Positions 1 through 9,542 of a DNA stretch of 64,000 nucleotides are shown one piece after another. The notes under the pieces were generated by a model. It worked only from the letters and a program-made list of their open reading frames with translations. It had not been told where the DNA came from and did no database searches. Positions within the stretch are counted from its first letter, which is position 1. Each line of letters begins with the position of its first letter. Both the position numbers and the translations under genes were made by a program. Origin of the DNA: Candidatus Kuenenbacteria bacterium (GTDB taxonomy: Bacteria > Patescibacteriota > Patescibacteriia > UBA2196 > GWA2-42-15); NCBI GenBank assembly GCA_012797775.1, contig JAAZOM010000006.1, positions 12,815 through 76,814 of the forward strand, in the 5' to 3' direction.

Positions 1-2
1 GA

Positions 3-161
3 GATGACGTTAAAGAAAAGATTATTGCTGCTGAAAAAAACAAAGAAATCACCGAAGATGAACGCTATAAAGCAGTAGAAGACTTAGACAAACTTGTTCG
101 TGAATACAACGACAAAGTTGAAGAGTTGGGCAAAAAGAAAGAAGAAGAAATCAAGTTATAA
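3..161 (+). CDS. frr: Ribosome recycling factor, C-terminal part (truncated by window edge)
   Basis: Manual translation DDVKEKIIAAEKNKEITEDERYKAVEDLDKLVREYNDKVEELGKKKEEEIKL* matches the RRF C-terminus; precedes rseP as is common. Confidence 0.9.
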   Translation, partial: DDVKEKIIAAEKNKEITEDERYKAVEDLDKLVREYNDKVEELGKKKEEEIKL

Positions 162-173
162 AATTATATAAAG

Positions 174-361
174 TTTATCCTGAACGGGCCTGACCTCCAG
201 CCTAGAATTATCCTAGAACGAGTGAAGGATCCCAGCTGGGTCAGCCCCAACTGTGATTAGTACAGTTGCTTTGCGGCACGGGATCTTTTCATAGATTCAA
301 GATAAATTAATTGCCCACGGGATCCTTCGTCCCGCAAACTCAATGCGGGGCTCAGGATAAA
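174..361. repeat. Nested REP-like palindromic element
   Basis: Terminal IR TTTATCCTGA (174) / TCAGGATAAA (352-361) with inner GAAGGATCCC / GGGATCCTTC arms; related copies at 34897 and 49617. Confidence 0.7.
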
Positions 362-373
362 ATAATAAAAATT

Positions 374-1537
374 ATGCTAATAACTGCCCTGACATTTTTT
401 ATCATCCTTGGTCTTCTTGTACTCGTTCATGAATTGGGTCATTTTTTGAGTGCCCGTCTTTTCAGAGTCAAAGCTGATGAGTTTGGTTTTGGTTTGCCCC
501 CAAGAGCTATTGGCTGGGTAAAAAATAATAATAAGTGGCAACGCGTCAAAGCTAGCGACCCGGCTGAAAATTATCAAAACACAGTTTGGTCTCTCAACTG
601 GTTGCCGATTGGTGGCTTTGTCAAAATCAAAGGAGAAGATGGTCAGGGAGAAAATAATCCTAATAGTTTTTCCAGCAAAAAAATCTGGCAAAGATTTATC
701 ATGCTTTTTGCCGGAGTCTTTATGAACTTTGTTTTGGCTTTTTTCCTGCTCTCAATCGGCTTTGCTTCGGGTATTCCTACTATGGTTGATGATGTGCCTG
801 CTGCCAACCTCAATCTAAAAAATGAAAAAATCCAGGTTATCTCTTTGAGTGAAAACTCTCCGGCCGCCAAAGCGGGTGTCACCATTGGCGATGCTATTTA
901 TCTGATAGATGGAGAAGCCGTTGCCACCATTAAAGACCTGCAGGAAAAAGTTAATAACCGCCAAGGTCAACCCACTGATTTTGTCTTTTTGCGTGGTCAG
1001 GAAGAAATCAAAAAAATCATTACTCCAGAAGTTGTACCAGACTCTGGTGGTCGCGCCGTGATTGGTGTTGGTTTGGTCAAAACAGCCACCGTCACTTATC
1101 CTTGGTATGAAGCTATCTGGGAGGGCGCCAAGAACAGCTTTGGTTTGTCGGTCGCTATCGTGAAGGCTTTTGGCCAGATAATTGGGGATATCTTTGCCCA
1201 CGGCAAGGTCGCAGCCGAAGTTTCCGGACCCGTGGGGATTGCTGTTTTGACTGGCCAGGTAGTTAAGCTTGGTTTTATTTATATCCTCCAATTCGCCGCC
1301 ATGTTATCTTTAAATTTGGCCATTGTTAATTTATTACCCATTCCCGGGCTAGATGGTGGCCGCATTTTATTTTTGCTCTTTGAAAAAATTAAAGGCCGAC
1401 CACTCCGCCAGAAATATGTGGAATGGACACATCAGGCCGGCTTTTTCTTTCTGATCGCTCTGATCATCCTTGTTACCTTCCGCGATTTGCGCACTTATGG
1501 TGCTGGCATCCTCAATGCTTTTAAATCATTTTTTTAA
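374..1537 (+). CDS. rseP: RIP metalloprotease RseP (M50 family, PDZ domain)
   Basis: HELGH zinc motif, NLLPIPGLDGG motif, PDZ-like middle; ATG at 374 preferred over ORF-track start inside the repeat. Confidence 0.93.
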   Translation: MLITALTFFIILGLLVLVHELGHFLSARLFRVKADEFGFGLPPRAIGWVKNNNKWQRVKASDPAENYQNTVWSLNWLPIGGFVKIKGEDGQGENNPNSFSSKKIWQRFIMLFAGVFMNFVLAFFLLSIGFASGIPTMVDDVPAANLNLKNEKIQVISLSENSPAAKAGVTIGDAIYLIDGEAVATIKDLQEKVNNRQGQPTDFVFLRGQEEIKKIITPEVVPDSGGRAVIGVGLVKTATVTYPWYEAIWEGAKNSFGLSVAIVKAFGQIIGDIFAHGKVAAEVSGPVGIAVLTGQVVKLGFIYILQFAAMLSLNLAIVNLLPIPGLDGGRILFLLFEKIKGRPLRQKYVEWTHQAGFFFLIALIILVTFRDLRTYGAGILNAFKSFF

Positions 1538-1559
1538 TTTTTTCGTCTCTCAAAAAAAT

Positions 1560-2519
1560 ATGAAGATTATTAAACGCTTTTATTCATTTGATGGCACTGT
1601 AAAATATTTACTGCAGTTAGAAGACAATTCAATTATTGAAACCGTTTTCTACCCATATTCCAGAATATCTAGCTTAATAATCAAATTAATTTTTTGGGGG
1701 AGCTACTTCAAAATACCCTATTTCCTCTATAATTTTTCCCCATTAAAATTTTTATATCAACACACAGATTTTTATGGTATTTGTATCTCTTCTCAGATCG
1801 GCTGTGCGCTTGGTTGCAAGTTTTGTGCCACCGGTAAACAGAGTTTTGTTCGCAATCTCACCACTGAGGAGATAATAGCCCAGGTAGTTACTGTCCTTAA
1901 TGATTATCAACCAAAAAATATAAAAAAAATTGAAATAACCTTCGCTGGCATGGGTGAGTCACTATTAAATTATCAAAATGTCACCGCGGCTATTAAGGAA
2001 TTTCCTCTTCGGCTAAAAAAATTTGGTATTGAGGAAATAATTAATTCTCTCATGACCGTTGGCATTTTATCTGGATTGTCCGAGCTCATTAAAGACAAGA
2101 TAATCCTGAACCTTTTTATTTCTTTACATTCTGTTTCTGATGAATTAAGATCAAAATTAATGCCGATAGGCGAGACTTTAAAGATCAGAGAAATTTTAGA
2201 GCTGGCGGCCGAATATCAAAAAGAAACAAATGCTCGCCCTGTCAGACTAAACTATACCCTAATAAAAGGTATTAATGACAGCGAAAGAGATGCCCAAAAA
2301 TTAGCCGATCTATCAAAAGAATTTGGATTCATTGCTCAGATAAAAATGTTCAATCCTGTTATTGACCTGCCTTATCAGCGAGTTTCTTTGCCAGCGTTAA
2401 AAAAGTTTTTGAAAATCCTTAAAACCTCAAGTGCCGGCTACGTGTTTGATATTAGCAAGGGTATCAGTAATACTTCAGGCTGTGGGCAATTAAAATATCA
2501 TTATAATAAAATTAATTAA
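1560..2519 (+). CDS. RlmN/Cfr-family radical SAM methyltransferase-like protein
   Basis: DGTVKYL, CISSQIGCALGCKFC, GMGE, ISLHS and GCGQL motifs; lacks the usual N-terminal helical domain. Confidence 0.8.
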   Translation: MKIIKRFYSFDGTVKYLLQLEDNSIIETVFYPYSRISSLIIKLIFWGSYFKIPYFLYNFSPLKFLYQHTDFYGICISSQIGCALGCKFCATGKQSFVRNLTTEEIIAQVVTVLNDYQPKNIKKIEITFAGMGESLLNYQNVTAAIKEFPLRLKKFGIEEIINSLMTVGILSGLSELIKDKIILNLFISLHSVSDELRSKLMPIGETLKIREILELAAEYQKETNARPVRLNYTLIKGINDSERDAQKLADLSKEFGFIAQIKMFNPVIDLPYQRVSLPALKKFLKILKTSSAGYVFDISKGISNTSGCGQLKYHYNKIN

Positions 2520-2524
2520 AATCT

Positions 2525-3748
2525 ATGCGCCAATCACAACTTTTCACCAAAACCAAAAAAGAATTTGCCAAAGACGAGGAATCAATCAATGCCAAGCTTC
2601 TAATCAAAGCTGGTTTTATCGATAAATTAATGGCTGGCAGTTACACCTTTTTACCGCTGGGTCTTCGGGCCTTGGTCAAGATTGAAAATATTATCCGCGA
2701 AGAGATGAATGCCGCCGGTTGTCAGGAAATTTTGATGCCCGCCCTCCACCCCAAGGAAAATTGGGTCAAGACCGGTCGCTGGGATGGTATTCATGAGATT
2801 CTCTTCAAATTGCAGGGCGTTCGCGGCAGTGAGTTTACTCTCGGGCCAACCCACGAAGAAATTGTTACCCCCCTGGCCAAACAGTACATTTTTTCCTATA
2901 AGGATCTGCCCTTTGCTGTTTACCAAATTCAAAGTAAATTTAGAAATGAGGCCCGGGCCAAATCCGGACTTCTGCGCGGTCGGGAATTCCGCATGAAAGA
3001 TGTTTATTCTTTTCATGCCAACGAAAAAGATCTGGAAGATTTTTATGAGCGCATGGCCAAGGCTTACGAACGGGTTTGGGCTAGGCTATCTCTCGGCGAT
3101 ATCACTTACAAGACATTTGCTTCTGGCGGCAGTTTTTCCAAGTATTCTCACGAGTATCAGACTGTTTGTGAGTCTGGCGAAGACGAGGTTTATCTTTGTG
3201 AAAAATGTCGTCTGGGCATCAATAAAGAGATTATCGCCGAGCAAGACTCTTGCCCTGAGTGCGGCAACAAAAAGTTGATCAAAAAGAATGGCATTGAGGT
3301 CGGCAATATTTTTCAACTTAAAACCAAGTACTCCGAGCCATTTAAGCTGGTTTATCAAGATGAAAAAGGTGGTAATAATTTGGTGCAAATGGGTTGCTAC
3401 GGCATTGGTCCTTCGCGCTTGATGGGCACTATTGTGGAGGTCTTTCATGACGACAAGGGCATGATCTGGCCAGAGGCTGTAGCGCCCTTCAAATATCATT
3501 TGCTAAATTTGTCAAAAGAGGGTAAGGTAAAGAAACAGGCTGAAGATATTTACGCCAAATTGGCGGCTAGGGGCGAGGAAATTCTCTATGATGACCGCTC
3601 CGAGAGCTCTCCCGGAGAAAAACTCCAAGACGCTGACCTTCTTGGTCTACCCACAAGACTCGTCGTCTCTGACAAGACGGATAATAAAATAGAAGTTAAA
3701 AAAAGAGTCTCTAAAAATGTTGACTTGAAAAATTTTAATAATTTATAA
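2525..3748 (+). CDS. proS: Proline--tRNA ligase (short form, no editing insert)
   Basis: MRQSQLF start, LGPTHEE, FRNEAR..GLLRGREF, GCYGIG, anticodon-binding C-terminus. Confidence 0.95.
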   Translation: MRQSQLFTKTKKEFAKDEESINAKLLIKAGFIDKLMAGSYTFLPLGLRALVKIENIIREEMNAAGCQEILMPALHPKENWVKTGRWDGIHEILFKLQGVRGSEFTLGPTHEEIVTPLAKQYIFSYKDLPFAVYQIQSKFRNEARAKSGLLRGREFRMKDVYSFHANEKDLEDFYERMAKAYERVWARLSLGDITYKTFASGGSFSKYSHEYQTVCESGEDEVYLCEKCRLGINKEIIAEQDSCPECGNKKLIKKNGIEVGNIFQLKTKYSEPFKLVYQDEKGGNNLVQMGCYGIGPSRLMGTIVEVFHDDKGMIWPEAVAPFKYHLLNLSKEGKVKKQAEDIYAKLAARGEEILYDDRSESSPGEKLQDADLLGLPTRLVVSDKTDNKIEVKKRVSKNVDLKNFNNL

Positions 3749-3753
3749 TTTTC

Positions 3754-4794
3754 ATGTTGAACAGTGTATTCAAAAATATCAGACCTGATATTGGCATTGA
3801 TCTTGGCACCAGTAATACCCTCGTTTATATCAAAGGCAAGGGTATTGTTGTTAATGAACCATCCGTTGTCGCCATCAATACCAGAACTGATCAGGTTTTG
3901 GCCATTGGCGAAGATGCCAAAAGGATGGTCGGCAAGACACCCAGCCACATTATTACTTCCAAACCTTTGGTGGAAGGGATAATTTCTGATTTTGAAGTGG
4001 CGGAACAAATGCTCAAATATTTTATCAATAAATTTGTCGGCAATAAGCTTGGATTTTTTTCCGGCAAGCCGCGTATTGTTATTGGTATACCGCTCGATGT
4101 TACCGAGGTGGAGAGAAAAGCAGTCGAAGATGCCGCTCTCGGCGCTGGCGCCAAGGAGGTTTTCCTAGTTGAAGAGCCCATGGCCGCCGCTATCGGCGCT
4201 CGCCTGCCCGTCCAGGAGTCCACTGGCAATATGGTAGTGGATATTGGGGGCGGCACGACCCAGATTGCCGTTATTTCACTCTCTGGTATTGTCGCCTGGA
4301 AGTCACTGCGTCTAGCCGGTGATACCTTGAATAAAAATATTATTCAATATATTAGAGAAAATTTTAATCTTTTAATTGGTGACACAACAGCAGAAAAAAT
4401 AAAAATTGCCATTGGATCTGTTTTTGCTTCTGATCGGCCGGTTGAAATGGCTGTTAGCGGCCGTGATCTTATCAACGGTTTGCCCAAAGAGATTGTTATT
4501 TCTGATAGTGAAGTGCGAGAAGCGATCAGCCGTAGCGTTAGGACCATCGTCAGTAGTATCAAATCAACAATAGAATCCACTCCACCCGAGTTGGTAGCTG
4601 ATATTTATAAGCGCGGCATAGTCCTTTCTGGCGGTGGGGCCCTCTTGCGTGGGCTCGATTCTCTTATCGGCCAGGAAACGCGCATCCCCGTTGCAATTAT
4701 TGATGATCCGCTGACTTGTGTTGTGCGTGGGACTGGCCTAGTTTTAGAAGATTTAGAAAACCTCAAGGACGTCTTACTGCCTTCTACAAAATAA
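3754..4794 (+). CDS. mreB: Rod shape-determining actin MreB
   Basis: IGIDLGTSNT, EEPMAAAIGA, VDIGGGTT, GGGALL. Confidence 0.97.
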   Translation: MLNSVFKNIRPDIGIDLGTSNTLVYIKGKGIVVNEPSVVAINTRTDQVLAIGEDAKRMVGKTPSHIITSKPLVEGIISDFEVAEQMLKYFINKFVGNKLGFFSGKPRIVIGIPLDVTEVERKAVEDAALGAGAKEVFLVEEPMAAAIGARLPVQESTGNMVVDIGGGTTQIAVISLSGIVAWKSLRLAGDTLNKNIIQYIRENFNLLIGDTTAEKIKIAIGSVFASDRPVEMAVSGRDLINGLPKEIVISDSEVREAISRSVRTIVSSIKSTIESTPPELVADIYKRGIVLSGGGALLRGLDSLIGQETRIPVAIIDDPLTCVVRGTGLVLEDLENLKDVLLPSTK

Positions 4795-4805
4795 TTTATT
4801 TTTTT

Positions 4806-5621
4806 ATGGCTCGTCGCTCTCTATCTTTTAAGATAACCCTTGGGGCCATCATTTTTTGTGGCCTTATTTTTTTGGGTTATTATTCTGGGCTAACCAGATA
4901 TTCCAGCTCTCTTTTAATTTCTATCTTCAATCCCTTGATTCGGGCCAGCAGCCACTTAGCCGACAGTTTGGGTGATTTTTTTTCTATTTATCAAAATCAA
5001 GATGATATTATCAAACAAAATGATTTTCTCAAAAGCGAGCTCATCTCCCTAGCCAAAAAAAACGCCGTTCTCTCCCTTGTTCAAAAAGAGAACGAAATTC
5101 TCAAACAAGAACTCCAATTTGTTGATGAATATAAATATAATTATGTTGTTGCCAGGGTGGTTGGCCGCAGTTTTGATTTTGATAAAAATTATTTTCTGAT
5201 TGACAAAGGCGCTCGTCATGGGCTCTCTGTTGGTCTGCCAGTCACCATGGATCAGGGCCTAGTCGTCGGTCGTTTGATCCGCGTAGAAGAAAACATTGCC
5301 GAGGTTCGGCTCTTGACCGATAGTGAAAGTCAAATAGCTGTCACTATCATTGGCGAAGAGGGATCTGCCGGCTTGGCTAAGGGTGAACACAATATTAATC
5401 TAAGGATAGAGATGTTGCCCAAAGAAGCAAAAATAGCAATTGGTGATCTAGTGGTTACTTCCAATCTCAATCTAAATACCCCCCCCGGTTTGGTCTTGGG
5501 CAGGGTGCAAAAAATAGAATTTTCTGATAATAACCTTTGGCAATCAGCCGTGGCCGAGCCCCTAGTCGATTATTCTAATTTATCACTGGTCACCATTATT
5601 TTGCCGGCGAATAGCCAATAA
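4806..5621 (+). CDS. mreC: Rod shape-determining protein MreC
   Basis: N-terminal TM, coiled coil, IDKG..G, GDLVVTS, P.GLVLG; synteny. Confidence 0.92.
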   Translation: MARRSLSFKITLGAIIFCGLIFLGYYSGLTRYSSSLLISIFNPLIRASSHLADSLGDFFSIYQNQDDIIKQNDFLKSELISLAKKNAVLSLVQKENEILKQELQFVDEYKYNYVVARVVGRSFDFDKNYFLIDKGARHGLSVGLPVTMDQGLVVGRLIRVEENIAEVRLLTDSESQIAVTIIGEEGSAGLAKGEHNINLRIEMLPKEAKIAIGDLVVTSNLNLNTPPGLVLGRVQKIEFSDNNLWQSAVAEPLVDYSNLSLVTIILPANSQ

Positions 5622-5625
5622 TTTT

Positions 5626-6132
5626 ATGACCCGTTTTATTTTAATTTTTTTGGCAATTATTTTTATTACCCTTTTACATCTTGGTTTTTTGCCAAGCATT
5701 TTGGGCGGTAATTTTTTCTATTTGCATCTGCCCTTGCTTTTTATTGTTTTTGTGTCATTTTTTGCCGCCCTTGATCTGGGTGTCTTCGCGGTTTCTATGC
5801 TCGGTCTTTTTTTGGATCTTTATTCCCCATTATTTTTTGGTTTTTATAGCCTTGTATTTATTATAACGATTTTGATTATAAAATTCTTTATCTTCAATTT
5901 TTTTCAACACAAGAATTTTTTCTCTCTGCTGCTTTCCAGCTCCATTGGCCTTATTGTTTTTCATCTATTTTCCCTTGGCTACAATTTTTTATCCCTGGGC
6001 TCTAGCGCCTTCAATCCTCATTACTTAGTAGTTTTCTTCTATCAATTACTTTTTCACTCACTTTTTGTTGTTTTGGCATCCTTGACTCCGAACCCCTTAG
6101 GTCGCCAACTCAAAAACCAGGTAATTTCTTGA
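5626..6132 (+). CDS. mreD: Rod shape-determining membrane protein MreD
   Basis: Multi-TM protein with GLFLDLYS motif between mreC and mrdA. Confidence 0.8.
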   Translation: MTRFILIFLAIIFITLLHLGFLPSILGGNFFYLHLPLLFIVFVSFFAALDLGVFAVSMLGLFLDLYSPLFFGFYSLVFIITILIIKFFIFNFFQHKNFFSLLLSSSIGLIVFHLFSLGYNFLSLGSSAFNPHYLVVFFYQLLFHSLFVVLASLTPNPLGRQLKNQVIS

Positions 6133-6137
6133 TTATT

Positions 6138-8036
6138 ATGAAAAAAACAGATCCCTTTTGCGTTCAGGATACCATCTCCGATATTTCCGGTTTTAGCCGC
6201 CTTCGAGAAGAGGGGGATAGTTTTTGGTTTGGTGACTTTGGGGAAAAAATTTCTCTTTTTATCAATCAATCAAAGATAAAAATAATTTTTTTTGTTCTTA
6301 TTTTTTGTTTTATTGTTCTTTTTGGTAGGCTCTTTTATCTCCAGCTATTTCGTGGCGGGGATTATCTTGTGATTGCCGAGGGCAATCGTCTGCGTCTCAA
6401 TATTCTCCCGGCCAGTCGTGGTATAATTTACGATCGCTTCAACACGCCCCTTGTCAAAAACACTGCCCACTTCTCTTTATCCTTTATCCCCGGTGATTTA
6501 CCCAAAGAGCCCGCTGCACGAGAATCTTTGGCTGAAGAAATTTATAATCTTTCTGGTAAAAACAAAGATGAAATTTTGCGTTTATTTGCCTCGACCGCAG
6601 ACAAATCTTACGAATCAATTACCATTACTGAAGATTTGACACACGAGCAGTCCATCAGGATTTCTCTTTATGAAAAAGAGCTTCCCGGCATCAAACTTTA
6701 TATCGAACCGCGCCGTGAATATTTGACCGTTGGCGGACTTTCGCATCTCCTCGGTTTTTTGGGAGAAATAAACATTGAGGAGCTAAAAAAGTTAAAAAAT
6801 TTTGGCTACCGCCAAGGTGATTACCTTGGCAAGAGCGGTATTGAATATGTTTATGAGAATATTTTGCGTGGCAAAAATGGTTTGGAGGAAGTAGAAGTTG
6901 ATTCTTTGGGCAAGCCCAAAAAGATTATTGCCCGAGAAGAGCCGGTCGATGGCGGGGATTTGGTTTTGAGCCTTGATCTTGATCTGCAAAAAAAAATGGC
7001 CGAGAGCCTGAATCGGGCTATTTCTACCGCCGGTGGCTCTGGCAGTGGTTCGGCCATCGCCATGGATCCCAGGAACGGTGAGATCCTAGCTATGGTCAGC
7101 CTGCCTGATTTTGATAATAATTTTTTCAGCGCCGGTATTGACAAAGAAGCTTATAATAATTATCTCTCGGATGAGCGTAAACCACTTTTTAACCGTTCTA
7201 TCGCCGGTGCTTACCCGCCCGGCTCTACCTTCAAGCCAGTCGTCGCTCTAGCCGCCCTTGAAGAGGGGATTATCAATGAGTCAAAAACTTTCTTGTCCAG
7301 CGGCGGACTACGTATTGGCAGTTGGTTTTTCCCAGACTGGAAGGCCGGTGGGCATGGTCGTATAAATGTTATTGGTGCTTTGGCTGAGTCAGTTAATACT
7401 TTTTTTTATTATATCGGTGGCGGCTATGGAGACTTCGACGGCTTGGGTGTAGAAAAAATAAAAAATTATTCCAACCGGATCGGGCTGGGTACTATATTGG
7501 GTATTGATCTGCCGAGTGAAGTGGCGGGCTTTCTCCCGGATGAAGATTGGAAGCTTTCGAACAAAAAAGAACCTTGGTATATTGGTGACACCTATCATCT
7601 CTCTATCGGTCAGGGAGATATTTTGGTTACCCCCCTTCAGGTGGCGGCTTATACTTCAGTTATTGCCAATGGCGGTACTCTTTACCGCCCACATTTATTG
7701 CGACAGGCCGAGGGTGAAGCCCCTTCCCAAAATTATATTATAAAAAGCAATTTTTTCTCTCCCAAAAATATAGAAATTGTTCGGCGCGGTCTGCGCGCAA
7801 CCACCCTTACTGGGTCAGCTAGATCTCTTGGCTCCATGCCCTTCACAAGTGCTGGCAAAACCGGCACCGCTCAGGTCGGCGGCGATGATCGCACCCATGC
7901 TTGGTTTACGGGTTTTGCCCCTTACGATGAGCCCTCAATCGTTATCACAATTTTGGTAGAATATGGTGGCGAGGGCAGTTCTGTGGCTGTGCCGGTTTTC
8001 AAAGAAGTTACCAGTTGGTATTTTAGTGAAAACTAA
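6138..8036 (+). CDS. mrdA: Penicillin-binding protein 2
   Basis: RGIIYDR, PPGSTFK (SxxK), SVN (SxN), KTGTAQ. Confidence 0.95.
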   Translation: MKKTDPFCVQDTISDISGFSRLREEGDSFWFGDFGEKISLFINQSKIKIIFFVLIFCFIVLFGRLFYLQLFRGGDYLVIAEGNRLRLNILPASRGIIYDRFNTPLVKNTAHFSLSFIPGDLPKEPAARESLAEEIYNLSGKNKDEILRLFASTADKSYESITITEDLTHEQSIRISLYEKELPGIKLYIEPRREYLTVGGLSHLLGFLGEINIEELKKLKNFGYRQGDYLGKSGIEYVYENILRGKNGLEEVEVDSLGKPKKIIAREEPVDGGDLVLSLDLDLQKKMAESLNRAISTAGGSGSGSAIAMDPRNGEILAMVSLPDFDNNFFSAGIDKEAYNNYLSDERKPLFNRSIAGAYPPGSTFKPVVALAALEEGIINESKTFLSSGGLRIGSWFFPDWKAGGHGRINVIGALAESVNTFFYYIGGGYGDFDGLGVEKIKNYSNRIGLGTILGIDLPSEVAGFLPDEDWKLSNKKEPWYIGDTYHLSIGQGDILVTPLQVAAYTSVIANGGTLYRPHLLRQAEGEAPSQNYIIKSNFFSPKNIEIVRRGLRATTLTGSARSLGSMPFTSAGKTGTAQVGGDDRTHAWFTGFAPYDEPSIVITILVEYGGEGSSVAVPVFKEVTSWYFSEN

Positions 8037-8131
8037 TTTATCTGCCCCATTGACAGAAAATTCCCTTTATAATATCATAGGGAGTATATATAAAATTTAT
8101 TATCATCATTAACCATAACTTTTAACCAAAC

Positions 8132-8587
8132 ATGTATATAACCAAAGAAGGCCTAGTCAAACTAAAAGAAGAATACAGCCAACTTGTAAACATGGAACGC
8201 AAAAAAATCGCTGAGCGCATCCAGGAAGCCAAAGAGCTCGGCGATCTAAGTGAAAACGCCGAATACGCAGCTGCCAAAGAAGAGCAGTCTTTTTTAGAAA
8301 TGAAGATTGCTGAATTGGACAATATTATCAAAAATGCCTCTATCATTGAAGAAAATAATCATTCAACCAATGTGGTAAGCGTCGGTTCGACCATTACCTT
8401 TTTGGACAGCAATGGCCAGAGTCGAGAGTATACTATCGTTGGTAGCCAGGAGGCCAATCCATCTCTCGGCAAAATTTCCAACGAATCTCCCTTGGGCCGA
8501 GCCTTCCTCGGCAAAAAAGCCGGCGACACCGTAGAATTCCAGGCGCCCAAAGGACCGGTTAGTTTTACTATTGAAAAGATTAAATAA
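8132..8587 (+). CDS. greA: Transcription elongation factor GreA
   Basis: GDLSENAEY, ISNESPLGRA. Confidence 0.97.
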   Translation: MYITKEGLVKLKEEYSQLVNMERKKIAERIQEAKELGDLSENAEYAAAKEEQSFLEMKIAELDNIIKNASIIEENNHSTNVVSVGSTITFLDSNGQSREYTIVGSQEANPSLGKISNESPLGRAFLGKKAGDTVEFQAPKGPVSFTIEKIK

Positions 8588-8702
8588 TTTTATACACAGG
8601 AAAATTTAGAGAATATTTTGATCTGTGATATAATAATCTTGTCCCTTATTTATTAACATGATAGGTGCCTTTTTTTACTACACCTGTCAAAAAGGAGAAT
8701 TT

Positions 8703-9254
8703 ATGGCTATGGATTTCAATCCAGAAACAAAACCCGATACCGGGTTGGAACTACCCGAGAGCCTCAAGGAAACCAAAAAAGAAAAATGCTCTTGTGGTGG
8801 TAAAGGCATGGGTGGCCTCGTTGTCGCCCTTGTCGTGGTCGTCTTGGTTTTAGTGGCCGGCTTTGTGGTCGACCGCTACACCAGCGTTAGTCTTTTTGGC
8901 GAAAAAGATTCCGCCTCTCTTAGTATGGTCTACAGCAAAGACAGCTATTATGCAGTCTTTTTGAGCAACGGCCAAGTATATTTTGGTAGGGTTTCCAAAA
9001 CCGATGCCAAATACACCACGATTGAAGATATTTATTATCTCCAAGTATCCAATCCTCTGCAACAGGTCCCCCCGACTGGTGAGCAACAGCAAGCCCAGCT
9101 TTCTTTGGTCAAACTGGGCCAAGAGCTCCACGGGCCACAGGATTTTATGCAGGTTAACAACGACCATATAATTTTTGTAGAAGAGCTAAAAAATGATGGC
9201 AAGGTGGTCGAGGCTATCACTAGTTATAAAACTAGCAATCAGCCTACCCAGTAA
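8703..9254 (+). CDS. Membrane-anchored hypothetical protein
   Basis: TM segment then YYAVFLSNGQVYFG...LVKLGQELHGP; AGGAG upstream of ATG 8703. Confidence 0.75.
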   Translation: MAMDFNPETKPDTGLELPESLKETKKEKCSCGGKGMGGLVVALVVVVLVLVAGFVVDRYTSVSLFGEKDSASLSMVYSKDSYYAVFLSNGQVYFGRVSKTDAKYTTIEDIYYLQVSNPLQQVPPTGEQQQAQLSLVKLGQELHGPQDFMQVNNDHIIFVEELKNDGKVVEAITSYKTSNQPTQ

Positions 9255-9280
9255 AATTGTTATTTGAGACAAAAAAGCCA

Positions 9281-9312
9281 AAAGAACCGCCTTCAAAAGC
9301 GGTTCTTTTATT
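9281..9312 (+). terminator. Intrinsic terminator
   Basis: AAAGAACCGC-loop-GCGGTTCTTT followed by T-rich tail. Confidence 0.75.
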
Positions 9313-9317
9313 AGCCC

Positions 9318-9346
9318 TTGACAGATTTTCTATTTGGTGTTATTAT
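9318..9346 (+). promoter_or_regulatory. Sigma70-type promoter
   Basis: TTGACA-17 bp-TATTAT with extended -10 TG; no convincing protein gene downstream. Confidence 0.7.
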
Positions 9347-9351
9347 TATGT

Positions 9352-9533
9352 AATACTTTTAAAAGCAATTTTTGCCTATATTTCCTTCAACAGTGGCGAA
9401 AGTGAAGACACCCCTCCTTGTCAGATCAATTAGCCGCAAGTCCAGGGTAGCTGGGTTCTCCCAGTCTATTCTGGCACTGTTGGGGGTAATATGGGCAAAA
9501 GAAACCCCGCGACGATTATCGGCGCGGGGTTTT
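9352..9533 (+). ncRNA. Candidate structured small RNA
   Basis: 9370-9395 pairs with 9475-9500 (G-U wobbles favour + strand), inner helices, then hairpin AAACCCCGCG/CGCGGGGTTT. Confidence 0.6.
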
Positions 9534-9542
9534 AGGTTAATA

